DNA of 64,000 bases from assembly GCA_035221665.1 (NCBI GenBank), contig CM069148.1, forward strand, positions 46,996,001 to 47,060,000, written 5' to 3'. A model generated the notes under the pieces. That model had not been told where the DNA came from and searched no databases. It saw only the letters and a list, made by a program, of their open reading frames with translations. Both the position numbers and the translations under genes were made by a program. Of the stretch, positions 1-13,507 are shown piece by piece; within the stretch, counting starts at the first letter, position 1; the number at the start of each line of letters is the position of its first letter. The DNA is from Okamejei kenojei. Its lineage: Eukaryota.

Positions 1-165
1 CAGATCCTGTTCCAAGTATTGGCCGTTGTATAACGCGATCACTGGTTCTCCCCAACCCATTGAACTTACAATTTAAATCCGTAACTTCCATCTGTTATTT
101 AAATACATCGGGATCATCAGCATTGATTTCTTTTGTGGTGGTGATATTTGAATCCTTTTCCCCAG

Positions 166-198
166 CAGACCATGGCAGATACCAACCACCCAGTGAAG
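166..198 (+). CDS. Micro-exon type B (33 nt, phase 1-1), ADHGRYQPPSE, of a putative Pro/Tyr/His-rich repeat protein
   Basis: ccttttccccag|CAGACC...AGTGAAG|gtcagt; polypyrimidine tract with AG acceptor and GT donor; repeated in each tandem unit. Confidence 0.75.
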
Positions 199-1317
199 GT
201 CAGTCACAGTTTGAATGTTCTTCAATTTGGGAAAATAGTGATGGATCCACTTGTTCCCGGAGTCAGAACCCTTTGTCTCTGACACTGGCTGTGGAGCTGG
301 TGAAGATCTGCTTGTCCAATTAATTTATCTTCTCAGGCGCTCCCGCAGGTTGGAGGGTGACTCACTTCCACTCAGACGCAGGTCACACAGCGTGGAAACG
401 GGCCGTTTGGCTAAAACTGACCACAATACTCCAAATATGGCCTCACCAATGTCTTGTACCGAATTTACACAACCTCCCAAGTTCTGTCCTTAATACTCCG
501 ACTGAAGAAGGCCAATGTGCTGAATGCTTTCTGAAACATGATATATTCCTGTGACGCCACTTTCAAGGCCCTATGTGCATGTGCGCCCAGATCCCTCTGT
601 TCTACAACACTCCCCAGAGACCGTCTACTTTGTGCAGGTCCTCAAATTTCAATGTACCTTAATTGGTACATGTGACAATTAAATTGAATCTTGAATCTTG
701 CCCTGGTGAGACTTTCAAAAATTCAACAGCTCACATATCTCTATTAATGTCCTTCAAGGTTAAAATTTAACATTTGGTTCCCTCACTTAAAATGGGTAGG
801 AAGGAATTGCAGATGCTCGTTTACACCGAAGATAGACAGAACAATGCTGGAGTAACTCAGCGGGACAAGCAGCATCTCTGGATCGTAGGAATGGGTGTGG
901 TTTCGGGTCGCGATCTTTCTTCAGTCTCTAGCAGGGTCTCGACCCAAAAGGTCACCCATTCCTTCTCTCCTGTAAGGAAGCCTGTCCCTCTGTTACTCCA
1001 GCAATTTGTGTCTACCCCTCACCCAAAACATTCATGACATTGAATGTCTGAGGACCAAGCATTGATCCCGATAGCACCGTTCAGTCACTGCCATCGAACC
1101 CGACACTCATGCTTATTTCCTCATGCTTGTTTCTTGTACGCTTGTCTGATTTCAAATTTCATTACCAATCTGCATGCAGATTTACATATTCTCATATTTT
1201 AATAAAATGTAAGTTTATCGAGATATTAATCTGCATCTTTCCCATGTGTTATTTGAATTTCTGAGTATACGCAGTTCGTTCTTGATAATGTTTAATATCT
1301 GACTTTCTATTTCACAG

Positions 1318-1356
1318 CACCACCCCACGAGCATTATCCACCAGCTTATGAACCAG
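1318..1356 (+). CDS. Micro-exon type A (39 nt), APPHEHYPPAYEP
   Basis: ctgac branch-like motif, tttctatttcacag| acceptor, CAG|gtaaga donor. Confidence 0.8.
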
Positions 1357-1664
1357 GTAAGATCTGGTCTGGCCAGAGTCAGATATTCACACCTCGAGCT
1401 CTGTCCATATTCTACTGTTGGTTTTCCTCCAGTGTTTCAATGTGTCCTTTGAAAAGAAAATCCAATTATCCTTTTGAATGCAGCATCATTCTGCGATGTG
1501 ATCCGTTAACCTTCCCAGCAATGTCCTTCCTTTCACTGTGAACTGACCTTGTTATCCTTCATCACTAGACAGACCAATCCACGTCGTTCCCCAGACGTAA
1601 AGTCCTTTGTTTTTGAAACGTGTTTCCCTTGTTCCAGCGGTGGAATACTTCATGATGAGAGTTA

Positions 1665-4093
1665 AACCCCTGTCTCACGGTGTGAGTTTGCCCACAAGTG
1701 ACCCCGAATTTTCACTCGTGGTGATCACGTAGCGGGTACGTCGGAACTCGCACGAGCAACTTATCGACTCGTGGCGCTAACGGCAGGTACTCGGGAAACT
1801 TGTTAGCTTGTGAAAAAAATCAAACATGTTTGATTTTTTCCACGAGTCAAATTGTTTCCACGAGTCAAAGTAAAAAATTGAATCACTTAAACTCTTTGTA
1901 ATAACGTAGTGGCCCGTGCGTTTAACTTAGTGACTCGTGAGTCTCTGTGGGAACTTTCTTATAATCTGTTCGTTCACTCGAGTAAAGACTGAACCAAAGA
2001 TAGACACAAAATGCTGGAGTAACTCAGCGGACCAGGCAGCATCTCTTGGAGAGAAGGAATGGAATCGAGACATTTCTTCAGACTTACCCGAAACGCCACC
2101 CATTCCTTCTCTCCAGAGATGCGGCCTGTCCCGCTGAGTTCTCCATCATTTTGTGTCTATCTTCGACCTTTCTGCGATGATCTGCCACTTGTCCTTTATT
2201 ACTGAGGCGCCTGCCCCGCGGCTTCGTATTCATCACTGTCTCAATGAACAGCTTCGCGGTTAAAGACCTGCCGGAGGGGCAAGTCTGGGGCAGTGGGTGG
2301 GATGTGTCCACATGTGATGCTCCATCCATCACCCCGGGGCCGTGAGTGTGGGATTGGGAAGGAACTGCAGATGCTGGTTTACACCGAAGATAGACACACA
2401 CGATGCTGGAGTAACTCCGAGGGACAGGCAGCATCTCTGGAGAGGTGGGATGGGTGAGATTTCGGGTCGAGACCCTACTTCAGACTTCTCCAGAGATCCC
2501 GCTGAGTTTACTCCAGTAGTTGGTGTCTATCCCGGCGTCGGGGAGCTGGACTTGGCCGACCCGCCACCTCTACTTGCCGGTCAGTCCGGTGATCATCGCC
2601 CTCCGCCCGGGATGCAGCGGAGGTTTGCACCCAGTAAGTTGTCCAGCTTCACGGTGGACAAGGGAGGACAGCAATAGGCCAGGTGAATGAATAGCAGCAG
2701 CATTTCTTGATTTTGTGTTTTAATTTACAAGCCACTTCACGTGAGGCAAATTTTATTTTCAGTCCTGAAGAAGGGTCTCGACCCGAAACGTCACCCATTC
2801 AACGATAGACACAAAAAAGCTGGAGTAACTCAGCGGGTCAGGCAGCAACTCTGGAGAGAAGGAATAGGTGACTTTTCGGGTCGAGATCCTTCTTCAGAAG
2901 ACGAGCCCTTATCTGAAACGTCACCTATCCACGTTCTCCAGAGATGTTACCTGGCCCGCGTTGTTACTCCAGCTTGTTGCGTCTGCCTTCCGTCTAAAGC
3001 CTTGGGATCGTCGCCGACGTGAAGACGGTGCGAAGCCCCCGCGCCCGGTGCAATGGGCGGGGAGCTGGAGAGGGGAGGGAAGGGGTCACACACATGGCCG
3101 GGAAGCAGAGGGGTGGGGAGTGGGGACGTGGCGATGGCGGGTGATTGTCGCCTCACTGGGCCCCTAAAATGATCTAAGTAAATGCAATAAGATACTAAGA
3201 TGGAGAAATAACAGAGAGATTTGGGCCAGAAAATGGCATGCAGTGACGTAGGACGTACATGGTTAAAGGAGACCTACAATAGCGCATGATATCTTTGGTG
3301 TGCTGGCCTTTATAAATCAGAGCTTTGGCGGGTGTACAATTGGTCGCCTGCCAGAGGAGCTAGAATGTTGCCTTTCCAGCAATATGTTACCAAGTTAGGT
3401 CTTTATTCTTTAGGTTAAGACCTTTAAAATTGGGATCGAATTGCTTTACCAGAGGTGGTTCGTAGGTATATGGACGTGAAGGAATGGAGGGGTATGGTCT
3501 GTGATGGACTAGGGGGGTGCTGTACTATGGGGGCGTGGGGGGTGAGGGGGTATTGTGCTGCTTGATTGCCCCCTGCTATCATAGGGACAGGGAGACACAG
3601 CGGCTTTGAGACTGGTGGGCAATCACTACCAAAGTGTCTGCCTGCAGTCAGAACTCCTCTCCTACACATGTCTCCCGCACTAAGACCATCCCGCAGAGAA
3701 TAATCCCAGCACCCAAGAGCCTTGTCTGTCACCCCCCACCCCCAACCACCCTCCACCTCAACTTACGCCTGGGCACCAAAGCAGCTCAGGAGGCGAACCC
3801 TGAGCTTCCTCTCCCAACAATCTGATGTGCAACTGATGTGAAAGTACAGCGGCTGCGGCCGGCACCCGGACACCCTCACACACTTACCTTCATTCACGGT
3901 TGGCCCAAGAGTAACGGGAGAGGAACTTGGTAACTCGGGAGAGGAACTTGGAACATCGCAGCAATGACATACCCGTGGGAACTCAGTTAAACACTTGATC
4001 ATAAACTTGAAATCTCGTACATAACCACAAGTCTGTTTTTTTTCTTTCACTTGGGGTCACTCGTGGAATGACTCGCACTGTGAGACAGGGCCT
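1665..4093. mobile_element. Non-autonomous PIF/Harbinger-like DNA transposon with nested Penelope pLTR fragments
   Basis: Imperfect TIRs (aacccctgtctcacggtgtgagt / actcgcactgtgagacagggcct); TTA duplicated at 1662-1664 and 4094-4096; empty site gagttagcgag present in the paralogous unit near 14970. Confidence 0.7.
2765..2792 (+). ncRNA. Putative minimal hammerhead ribozyme core in a Penelope pLTR fragment
   Basis: CTGAAGA-a-GGGTC tc GACCC-GAAACGTC matches CUGANGA, stem II, GAAA and a GUC cleavage triplet. Confidence 0.55.
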
Positions 4094-4642
4094 TTAGCGA
4101 GAGGCTCCTTGAGGCTGACAAGGTGACAGGAAGCTTGAGCTTTCCTTGTGCTCCCTCTGCACGAGCTGTTGGGTTCAGCAACCTGTCCACCGTTTAAATT
4201 CAGCTTACCTCTGGTGAACACAAGCATGTGTCCACACCATGACATAGGAGTCCGCCTGTCCCTTGTCAACATGCCCTTGAGGGAGCAGTGTTGGCTGAAC
4301 AGGAACTGGGGGCTGAAGTCAGTCCCCACTGAGACAGGGCTGGGTCAGTGAGAGATCCTGTTAGGAGGCTGGTTCCCTCTTGTTGCCAAATTCCTTCTCA
4401 GATTATTGTCTGGTGCAGTGACTGCTCGCCGGTGGACATCATGAGCAGCGGTAGAGCTGTTCAGAACAGGGGTGTCTCCAGATCCTGTTCCAAGTATTGG
4501 CCGGTGTATAATGGGATGACTGGCTGTCCCCATCTCATTGAATTACTAATTACATCCGTAACTTCCATCTGTTATTTAAATACATCGGTATCATCAGCAT
4601 TGATGTCATTTATGGTGGTGATATTTGAATCCTTTTCCCCAG

Positions 4643-4675
4643 CAGACCATGGCAGATACCAATCACCCAGTGAAG
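4643..4675 (+). CDS. Micro-exon type B (33 nt), ADHGRYQSPSE
   Basis: ccttttccccag|...GAAG|gtcagt. Confidence 0.75.
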
Positions 4676-6178
4676 GTCAGTCAGAGTTTGAATGTTGTTG
4701 AATTAGGGAAAATAGTGATGGATCCACTTGTTCCCTGAGACAGAACCCTTTGTCTCTGACACTGGCTGTGGAGCTGGTGAAGATCTGCTTGTCTAGTGAA
4801 TTTGTCTTCTTCTCAGGCGCACCCTCAGGTTGGAGGGTGACTCACTTCCACTCAGACTCATAGTCAAACAGCGTGGAAACGGGCCCTTTGGCAAGATCTG
4901 ACCATAATATTACAAATTTGGCCTCACCAATGTCTTGTACCACAGAAACAAAACCTCACAAGTTCTGTCCACAATACTCTGACTGAAGAAGGCCAATGTG
5001 CTGAATGCTTTCTGAAACATGATATATTCCTGTGACGCCATGTTCATGGCCCTGTGTACCTGTGCTCCCAGATCCCTATGTTTTACAACACTCCCCAGAG
5101 CCCGACTACACTGTGCAGGTAGATGGTACATGTGACAATTAAATTGAATCTTGAATCTTGCCCTGTTTCAAAAATTCAACAGCTCACATATATCTATTAT
5201 CGTCCTTCAAGGTTAAAATATAACATTTGGTTCCCTCACCTAAAATGTGTAGGAAGGGATTGCAGATGCTCATTTAAACCGAAGATACACAGAACAATGC
5301 TGGAGCAACTCAGCTGGACAGGCAGCATCTCTCAATGATATGAATAGGTGTTGATTCGGGTCATGATCTTTCTTCAGTCTAGAGCATGGTCTCGACCCAA
5401 AAGGTCACCCATTCCTTCTCTCTTGTGAGGAAGCCTGTCCCTCTGTTACTCCAGCAATTTGTGTCTACCCATCACCCAAAACATTGATGACATTGAATGT
5501 CTGAGGACCAAGCATTGATCCCTACAGCACCGTTCAGTCACTGCCATCGAACCCGACACTCCCATTATTTCCTCATCCCTGTTTCTTGTTCGCTTGTCTG
5601 ATTTCAAATTTCATTACCAATCTGCATGCAGATTTACCTATTCTCATATTTTAATAAAGGGTAAGTTCAAAGTTTATCGAGATATTAATCTGCATCTTTC
5701 CCATGTGTTATTTAATAGTAAGATTACCAAGTTCGAAGGTTGATCTTTATTTAATGAGGAGTTGCGGTGAGGGATTTTGTGAAGACCCCGCCAGCACGCA
5801 TGCACGACATCCTTCAAAGCAGCGGTGTGGAATCACAGAACGCACCATGACTGAAAATAGTAAGATGAAGAACGTAGAACATACCAGTTGACCTGATGAT
5901 AGAGGGTGGGAGCGGAGGGGATGAAATCCCTCACCGCAACTCCTCATAAAATAAAGATCAACCTTCGAACTTGGTAAGTTCTCGTTTAATCTTACTGTTT
6001 TACTTCGGAGTCACCAAAGATTTCAAAGCTCTGTGATTTCACGGCCTGGACAACGTCCATGCTATTACACAGCCGCAATCCTGATGGAGGAAGGCTATTA
6101 ATGCAGTTCAGTCGGAACAGGCTGAAAAATAATGCATATTTATTGCACAAATAATAATAAACAAATAACCCCTAACAT

Positions 6179-7996
6179 TCACTGAACGGCTCCCAGCACA
6201 GCTTCTACGAATGTTGCGGGGGCGACCAGTGGTTTGTTGTAGAATCTTTGGAAGGTTGCTTCACTAGCCCAGCCCGCGGTGGCGAGGATGTGGTCCATGG
6301 GCACCTCCATGGCCCTCGCCACTGATGTGGATGCAGCCCTAGTAGAGTGAGATTTAAAAATGTTAGTAGCGACTCCTGCTGCACCCAACACCGCCCTGAG
6401 CCACCTGGCGATAGTCTGCACAGTCACCCAGTGATGCGGAGGTTTGTGGCTCATGAGGAGCCCCTGCTCCATCTTCCTGATGGTTCGTGTAATGCGGATG
6501 TAGAGGTGGAGATGGGTGACTATGCAGAGGGTGGCATCAATAGGGTACGCCCAAACCTCCAACTGCAGCCCATGAGCCCCAGGTCTGTGCTGCTTCAATA
6601 AGTCCTGGACTAAGAAAATCACCTGTGTAGGGGTGGAGACCATGCTATCCAGCCGCAGCTTTTGTAATGCCTGGACTCGTTGAGCTGTAGTCAGTGCCAT
6701 CAGCATCACCACTTTGAGGGTGAGCTGTTTGAGTGGTAACTTGGTCATAGGAGACCAGCTCCTCAGTAGGGTCAGAACGATCCCTAGATCCCAGGTGAAG
6801 TTGTATCTGGGCCGTGGAGGGTTGGTGTTAAACACTCCCCTCATGAATTTAGACACCAGGTGATTGGAGCCTATGTCCAGGTATGAGGACAGTGCACTCC
6901 TGACGCTGTTGATGGCACTGTAGCTAAGGCCAGCATCGAAATGAAGGCCCGCTAGAAATTCCAGAACATCAGGGATTGTTGTCGAGTTGGAAGTCGTGTT
7001 GGTACGAGAGCAGAATGCCTCCCACTTCCTGATCTGTGTGAGGTACTGCCTCTGGGTTGATACTCGGCATGATGCTGAGATGAGTTCCATGGCTCGTGGT
7101 GAGATGCCGGCCTTGACGAGCTGTCTTTTTAGAACCTGCAGGCCAACAAGTTTAGGTGACCATGGCACGGGTGACTGTCCCCCGTAATGGGATGAGTAAT
7201 TAATCAGAAGCCATGGATGTTTCAAGATTTTAAGGACCATCGGGTACCATGGCTGTGTAGGCCAGTCGGGAATGATCAATATGCCAGTTGCAGAATCCAG
7301 TTTAATTTTCTGGAATACCCGACTGATGAGGCAAAATTGGGGAAATGCGTAGCAAAACCATTTCCCCCAATGGATAGAAAACGCATCCATTGCTATTGCC
7401 CCAGGGTCTGGTTCCCAAGACACATACGTTGGTATCTGATGGTTCAACCTGGACGCAAAGAGGTCAATATCTGGTGTCCCATAGTGAGCTATAATGTTAG
7501 CAAAAATTTTGGGGTTCAACATCCACTTGATGTTGTCATTGAACACTCGTGACCTGGTGTCCGCCACTGTATTGAGCTTCCTTGGCAAATAGGTCGCTGT
7601 AATCCAAATATTTCTCTCGATGCACCAGTGCCAAATTGTGTTTGCCAATTCATCACAAGATAACGACCTGATACCACCCATATGATTGATATAAGCCACC
7701 ATTGTGTTATCTATTTGGAGGCGGACATGTAAGTCCCGTGAGTTAGTACAGTAAGCCCATAGTCCATGGAATGCCCCTAACATCTCCAGATAATTTATCC
7801 CTTGTGACTGGCGAAGGGTAGACTCATGAGAGTCCCATCTGCCACCACAACTGGACATGGTGTCAGTTGCACCCCAGCCTTGTGCGCTTGCATCAGTCTG
7901 TAGCACGGCGGATGGGTTGCTTACAATGATGGGTCTGTAACACTTGCTAATATTGTCAATCCACCATTGTAGCTCGGCTCTAGCCTGTTGTGGCAA
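6179..7996 (-). pseudogene. DIRS RNase H / methyltransferase plus tyrosine recombinase (fused in one frame, probably by a frameshift)
   Basis: TDASAQGWG, INYLEM, DNT and ADTRSR (RNase H); DLFAS...YAFPQF (DAM-like MT); TAQRVQAL, HSTRAAS and AGWASEATFQRFY (YR catalytic motifs). Confidence 0.9.
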
Positions 7997-8005
7997 CCAG
8001 ATTGG

Positions 8006-8322
8006 TCAATCAAAATGCCCAGCATTTGCTTTAAATGCTGCGATCTTTGTTCTTTGTAAATTTTGGTAATGTAATGGGCCGAATTGCGCAGCTGAGAATG
8101 TAGCTACCAGCTTCTCAATCACTTTTGCCGTTTGCCGGATGGTCGGAACCCTGGCGCAAGCAAGGCTGTGGCACGCTTCTTCTATGGCGATAGCTTTGTG
8201 GGTTGGGATAGTGATCAGCACTAAGGTTGTGTCAAGGGTGAAACCCAGGTAATCCATAATTTGAGAGGGGTGCAGTTTGGATTTGTCTGGATGGGTTACA
8301 AACCCTAGCATCTCGAATAAAG
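8006..8322 (-). pseudogene. DIRS reverse transcriptase, C-terminal part
   Basis: LGFVTHPDKSKLHPSQIMDYLGFTLDT; continues the 9951-10317 RT across the Penelope insertion. Confidence 0.85.
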
Positions 8323-9950
8323 TGTTGAAGAAGGAACTGCAGATGCTGGAGAATCGAGGGTACACAAAAGGCTGGAGAAACTCAGCGGGTGCAGCAGCAT
8401 CTAAGGAGCGAAGGAGATAGGCGACGTTTCGGGTCGAGACCCTTCTTCAGACAGGTCAGGGATCAGGGAAACGAGAGATATAGACGGTGATGTGGAGAGA
8501 TAAAGAACAATGAATGAAAGATATGCAAAAAAAGTATCAATGATAAAGGGAACAAGCCATTGTAAGCTGTTTGTGGTGTGAAAATGAGAAGAGGGTGCGA
8601 CTAGGGTGGGGGAGGGAGATAGAGAGAGAGGGAATGCCATTTCACCACCAACTTCCATCCGGCACTCAAATACACTTGGACCATTTCCGACATTTCCCTA
8701 CCATTCCTTGACCTCACAATCTCTATTGCAGGTGATACACTCCTGACCGACATCCACTACAAACCAACTGACTCCCACAGCTACCTGGACTACTCTTCCT
8801 CCCACCCTGCTTCCTGTAAGGACTCCATCCCCTATTCCCAATTCCTCCGCCTACGCCGCATCTGCTCCCAGGATGGGGTGTTCCACACCAGGTCATCACA
8901 AATGGCCTCATTCTTCGGAGAACGGGGTTCCCCTCCCCCACTGTAGATGAGGCTTGCACCAGGGTCTCCTCCATACCCCGCAACACTGCCCTCTCTCCCC
9001 ATTCCCCCATTCGCAAACAGGGCAGAGTCCCCCTGGTCCTCACCTTTCACCCCACTAGCCGGCAAATACAACACATAGTCCTCCACGAGTTTCGCCACCT
9101 CCAACGTGACCCCTCCACTCGCCACATCTTCCCATCTCCCCCCCTGTCTGCCTTCCGCAAAGATCGCTCCCTCCACAACTCCCTTGTCAATTCTTCCCTT
9201 CCCTCCCGCTCTACCCCTTCCCTGGGCACTTTCCCTTGCAACCGCAAGAAATGCTACACTTGTCCCTTCACCTCCCCCCTCCACTCCTTCCAGGTCTGAC
9301 AGAGGTTCACCTGCACCTCCTCCAACCTCATCTACTGCATCCGCTGCTCCAGATGCCAGATGATCTATATCGGTGAGACCAAGCGGAGGCTTGGCGATCG
9401 TTTCGCCGAACATCTCCGCTCGGTCCGCATTAACCAACCCGACCTCCTGGTGGCTCAGCACTTCAACACCCCCTCCAATTCCGTATCCGACCTCTCGGTC
9501 CTGGGCCTCCTCCACGGCCAGAGTGAGCAACACCTCAAGTTGGAGGAACAGCACCTCATATTCCGCTTGGGGAGTCTGCATCCTCTGGGCTTGAACATTG
9601 AATTTTCTCAATTCTGTTAACCCTTGCTGTCTCCCACCCTTCCCACCTCTCCCTCAGCCCTCGGGCCCTGGCATTCCCTCTCTCTCTATCTCCCTCCCCC
9701 ACCCTAGTCGCACCAGCTTCTCATTTTCACACCACAAACAGCTTACAATGGCTTGTTCCCTTTATCATTGATACTTTTTTGCATATCTTTTATTAATTGT
9801 TCTTTATCTCTCCACATCACCGTCTATATCTCTCGTTTCCCTGATCCATGACCAGTCTGAAGAAGGGTCTCCACCCGAAACGTCGCCTATCTCCTTCGCT
9901 CCTTAAATGCTGCTGCACCCGCTGAGTTTCTCCAGCCTTTTGTGTACCCT
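8323..9950 (+). mobile_element. 5'-truncated Penelope-like element (RT C-terminus plus GIY-YIG endonuclease) with inverted pLTRs
   Basis: YIGETKRRLGDRFAEHLRSV...VAQHFN...GLN at 9360-9620; ~8357-8640 is inverted against ~9670-9950; 12-bp duplication tctcgaataaag at 8311-8322 and 9951-9962. Confidence 0.9.
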
Positions 9951-10600
9951 TCTCGAATAAAGATTTAGTCGCTGTAACTGCCAGTGTAGCCAATTGGAGG
10001 GTCTGACCCACGATAAGGATATCGTCTAAATATGCCATGACGATATCATTTTGTTGTCGGAGGAGGGCCAATATAGGTTTCACTAATTTGGTAAATAGTC
10101 TGGGGGCTGTGGTGAGCCCATTAGGAAATGCTTTGTATTCCCACAACTGTCCCTTCCAGACAAATTTCAGAAACTTTCTGTGCGATTCAGTGATGGGCAC
10201 TGTATAGTATGCATCTTTTAAATCGATACAGGCCATTAAGTACCCCGGGTAAAGCATCTGCTTAGCTGTTTCGAAGGTATCCATTTTAAAGTGGGTATAT
10301 TGTACAAAAGTGTTCAACTCGGTTAGGTCTATGATAATCTGACACTCCCATCTTTTTTGGTTTTGGTGAAGATGTTGGACACATACTCAAGAGGTTCATG
10401 CGAGCCGTAAGATTTCGGCATGTCCTGCCTCAATCTCATTTTGAGAGAGTGTAAATTTTCGATGAGGTGCATGCTGGGTAGGGGGAAGTTGACCATCAAT
10501 GAATTCTATGACATAACCTTGAACACTTTGTAGAATAAATGCGTCAGTGGTGATAGTGTCCAGGGCTCCCCTAAATGCCCACAACCGTCCCCCAATTTGT
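9951..10600 (-). pseudogene. DIRS reverse transcriptase, N-terminal and core region
   Basis: HFKMDTF, IDLKDAYYTVPI, PNGLTTAPRLFTK, YLDD. Confidence 0.92.
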
Positions 10601-10652
10601 GCAGGAAGAGATGCTACTGCCTGAGAGGAACCAGACCCCCTTACCTCCATGG

Positions 10653-12395
10653 TTAGCGGCAGGTCCTGGCGTATGGCGTTTTGGGGGGACGTTGCGGTGG
10701 TTGTCGGGATGGCGGCCGCATCTTCCATGCGGGCCGCTGCAGGTCTTGCCCTACAAAAGGCCGCTGTGGTTGGGGAAGTGGAGGGGGATAGGTCCTTGGC
10801 GTCCTGTCCGGCTGGCGCTGCTTCCAAGTAGAGTGTGGTTGTTGACGGTGATATGGGTGGGGTTTAGCCGGAGGAGGTTTCATAAGGCCCACAGTCTTGG
10901 CCTCCTCGTCGAGTTGTTTGACTTGTTTGGAGAGATCTTTTCCAAACAGTTGATGAGGTGGTGGAGCGGTGGAGGGACGGCACAACCCCGCAAATTTCGG
11001 GTTGAGAGTGGGCTTGTTGGAGCTCTTGCGCAGGCAGTTGATTTCAAACTGGGCGTTGCATAGAAGTGCCAGGGCATCCTGCTGCTCGCTGGACACATTA
11101 TCCCCATCGAGGGTCCTGGCATACGCTGTAATGCCCGTCGAGAGGAGCTTCAGGATGCGCTGGAGACGGACGTCCTGCATCTTGGTGGTCGTGCTCAAAT
11201 GTCCCCAGATCTGAGCATTGACCGTAGGAACACTGAGATTGATGCAGTTCTCAGGCGGTTTGAATTTATCCATGGTCTCATTAAGTACCTGACCCTGAAG
11301 TTGGTGAGTGGTCAGGTAATTAATGGTGCCCGCCAGTTTGTGGTGCAGAGTGTGTGGCTGTGGCAAATTTGCCCACCACGTCCAGCATGTCCTCATCGTA
11401 CCCTGGCTCTGCGGTCTCCGGCAATCCCGGATCATCTTCGAAAGCAGCGGCCGGGCAACTGCTGGCACTCCTGGCTGGGGATGACGAGAGGCTGAGTGGG
11501 CTCCTGGCGTGGCTAGTTGAGGCCCGAGAGTCCCGTTCATCCCGGTCCCTGTCCAGCTGGAGGAGTTGCTCCACCAAGAGTTCCAACCGCTCAATGCGAC
11601 CTCCCCCGCTACTCGCAGCGGACAAGCCGAGTTCCCCAGGCCCTGCAAATTCTCTGGGGCTTCCACCATCGGACCACACCTCCATAAGATGCAAACTAGT
11701 TGTCGTGGCCTACCGCCCCTGTAGGCTCATACGACTCCCGCACGGACTCTCCAATAGTCTGCCTTCGAGCAAACTGTGGCGGCCCACCTGCCTGGTAGGA
11801 AGGCAGGTGAGTTGGATCGGCGTCGGCCCCCGGAACCTGGCTCCCCGGAGTCCGTGCAGGCTTACCTCCACTGTCGCCCAATGTTCTGCATGAAGGTGCA
11901 TGGTCAGCAGCTGCCAGAGCTGAGCTAATCGACCGTCTACTGCTGACACCAACGCCCATGACTGCAGCCTGACGAGGTGTTATGCCAGCAGCACCTGCTC
12001 CTGCAGATATCCCTGGCAGTTGTACGTGGCGGAAGTGCGGCTGCAGGGCTCCCCTGTAGCGCAGGCGTTCCCCGGCCCGGTCCCCGTGGGTCTACTGCAA
12101 CTCGGGGTGAGGTCGCTGGCGACGAGCGAGGCTCCTGTCCACATACCTGTCTGCTCCCCCACTTCCAGGGGGATGGGGGCACGAAGTCTCGGTCGGCAGT
12201 ATCCAGCTCCTGTGCGGTGAGCCATTCAGGTGATAAGTCTGGCGCTGGTGTAACGGGAGCGCCCGACTTCTGCACTCTTACCCCCGAGCGTACGGATGCT
12301 GCTGGTGGTGCTTGCAGCTCCGGTGACAAAGGCCGCTGGCTTGTCGATGCCCCGCGGCTCCTGGAGAGCATCGCCTTCCGTTTGCCTTTGTCCAT
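10653..12395 (-). pseudogene. DIRS ORF1 (gag-like), frameshifted
   Basis: PENCINLSVPTVNAQIW...QDVRLQRILK...LFGKDLSKQVK is typical of vertebrate DIRS ORF1; lies upstream of RT. Confidence 0.75.
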
Positions 12396-12598
12396 CCCGT
12401 TGGAAGTAAGGTTAGTAACTTACCTGACGGCCTTTTGAGGAACTGGTGGAGAGAGCGCACTCCCCCCCCAGCCTGTCGATATGCCGCGCATACGTGCTGG
12501 CGGGGTTTACACGGTCACTCAGAAGTAAAATTTCTGTGTATACGCAGTGTGGTACTTTGTTCTTGATAATGTTTAATATCTGACTTCCTATTTTACAG

Positions 12599-12637
12599 CA
12601 CCACCCCACGAGCATTATCCACCAGCTTATGAACCAG
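12599..12637 (+). CDS. Micro-exon type A (39 nt), APPHEHYPPAYEP
   Basis: ctgacttcctattttacag|...CAG|gtaaga. Confidence 0.8.
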
Positions 12638-13474
12638 GTAAGATCTGGTTTGGGCCAGAGTCAGATATTTACACCTCGAGCTCTGTCCATATTCTACTGC
12701 TTGTTTTCTTTGAAAAGGAAATCAAATTATCCTTTTGAATACAGCGTCATTCTGAGATGTGATACCTTAACCTTCCCAGCAATGTTCTTCCTTTCACTGT
12801 GAACTGACCTTGTTATCCTTCATCACTAGACAGACCAATCCACGTCGTTCCCCTATGTAACAAACTCGATGACCAGACGTAAAATGTCTTTGTTTTTGAA
12901 ACATGGTTCCCTTGTTCCAGCAGTTAAATATTTCATGATGAGAGGTAGTGAGGGGCTCCTTGAGGCTGGCAAGGTGACAGGAAGCCTGAGCTTTCCGTGT
13001 GCTCCCTGTGCGCGAGCTGTTAGGTTCAGCAACCTGTCCACCATTTAAATTCAGCTTACCTCTCGTGAATGGTGTCCACACCATGACATAGGGGTCCACC
13101 TGTCCCTTGTCAACATGCCCTTGGGGGAACAGTTGGCTGAAAATGAACTGGGGGCTGAAGTCAGTCCCCAAGGAGACAGTGAGAGCTCCTGTTAGGAAGC
13201 TGGTTCCCTCTTGTTACCAGGTTCCTTCTCAGATTATTGTCTGGTGCAGTGACTGCTCGCCGGTGGACATCATGAACAGCGGTAGAGCTGTTCAGAACAG
13301 GGGTGTCTCCAGATCCTGTTCCAAGTATTTGCCGTTGTATAACGGGATCACTGGCTCTCTCCATGCCATTGAACTTACTATTTAAATCCGTAACCTCCAT
13401 CTGTTGTTTAAATACATCGGGATCATCAGCATTGATGTCATTTATGGTGGTGATATTTGAATCCTTTTCCCCAG

Positions 13475-13507
13475 CAGACCATGGCAGATACCAACCACCC
13501 AGTGAAG
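13475..13507 (+). CDS. Micro-exon type B (33 nt), ADHGRYQPPSE
   Basis: ccttttccccag|...GAAG|gtcagt. Confidence 0.75.

Larger units (their letters stand above)
5716..12531 (-). mobile_element. DIRS1-type tyrosine-recombinase retrotransposon, near full length, with frameshifts and a nested Penelope
   Basis: Gag-like ORF, RT, RNase H, DAM-like methyltransferase and YR domains; inverted terminal repeats (ccccgccagcacgcatgc / gcatacgtgctggcgggg); internal complementary region at ~5925-6013; empty site visible in paralogous units. Confidence 0.93.

Noticed and set aside
6179-7996. Apparent novel RNase H-methyltransferase-recombinase fusion protein (605 aa)
   Set aside because: These are standard DIRS domains. 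The normal RT-ORF end (HPITGDSHPCHGHLNLLACRF*) sits in another frame near 7130-7200, so the fusion is most likely a frameshift in a decaying copy.
8832-9611. 259-aa minus-strand ORF
   Set aside because: It is the antisense shadow of the C-rich Penelope ORF.
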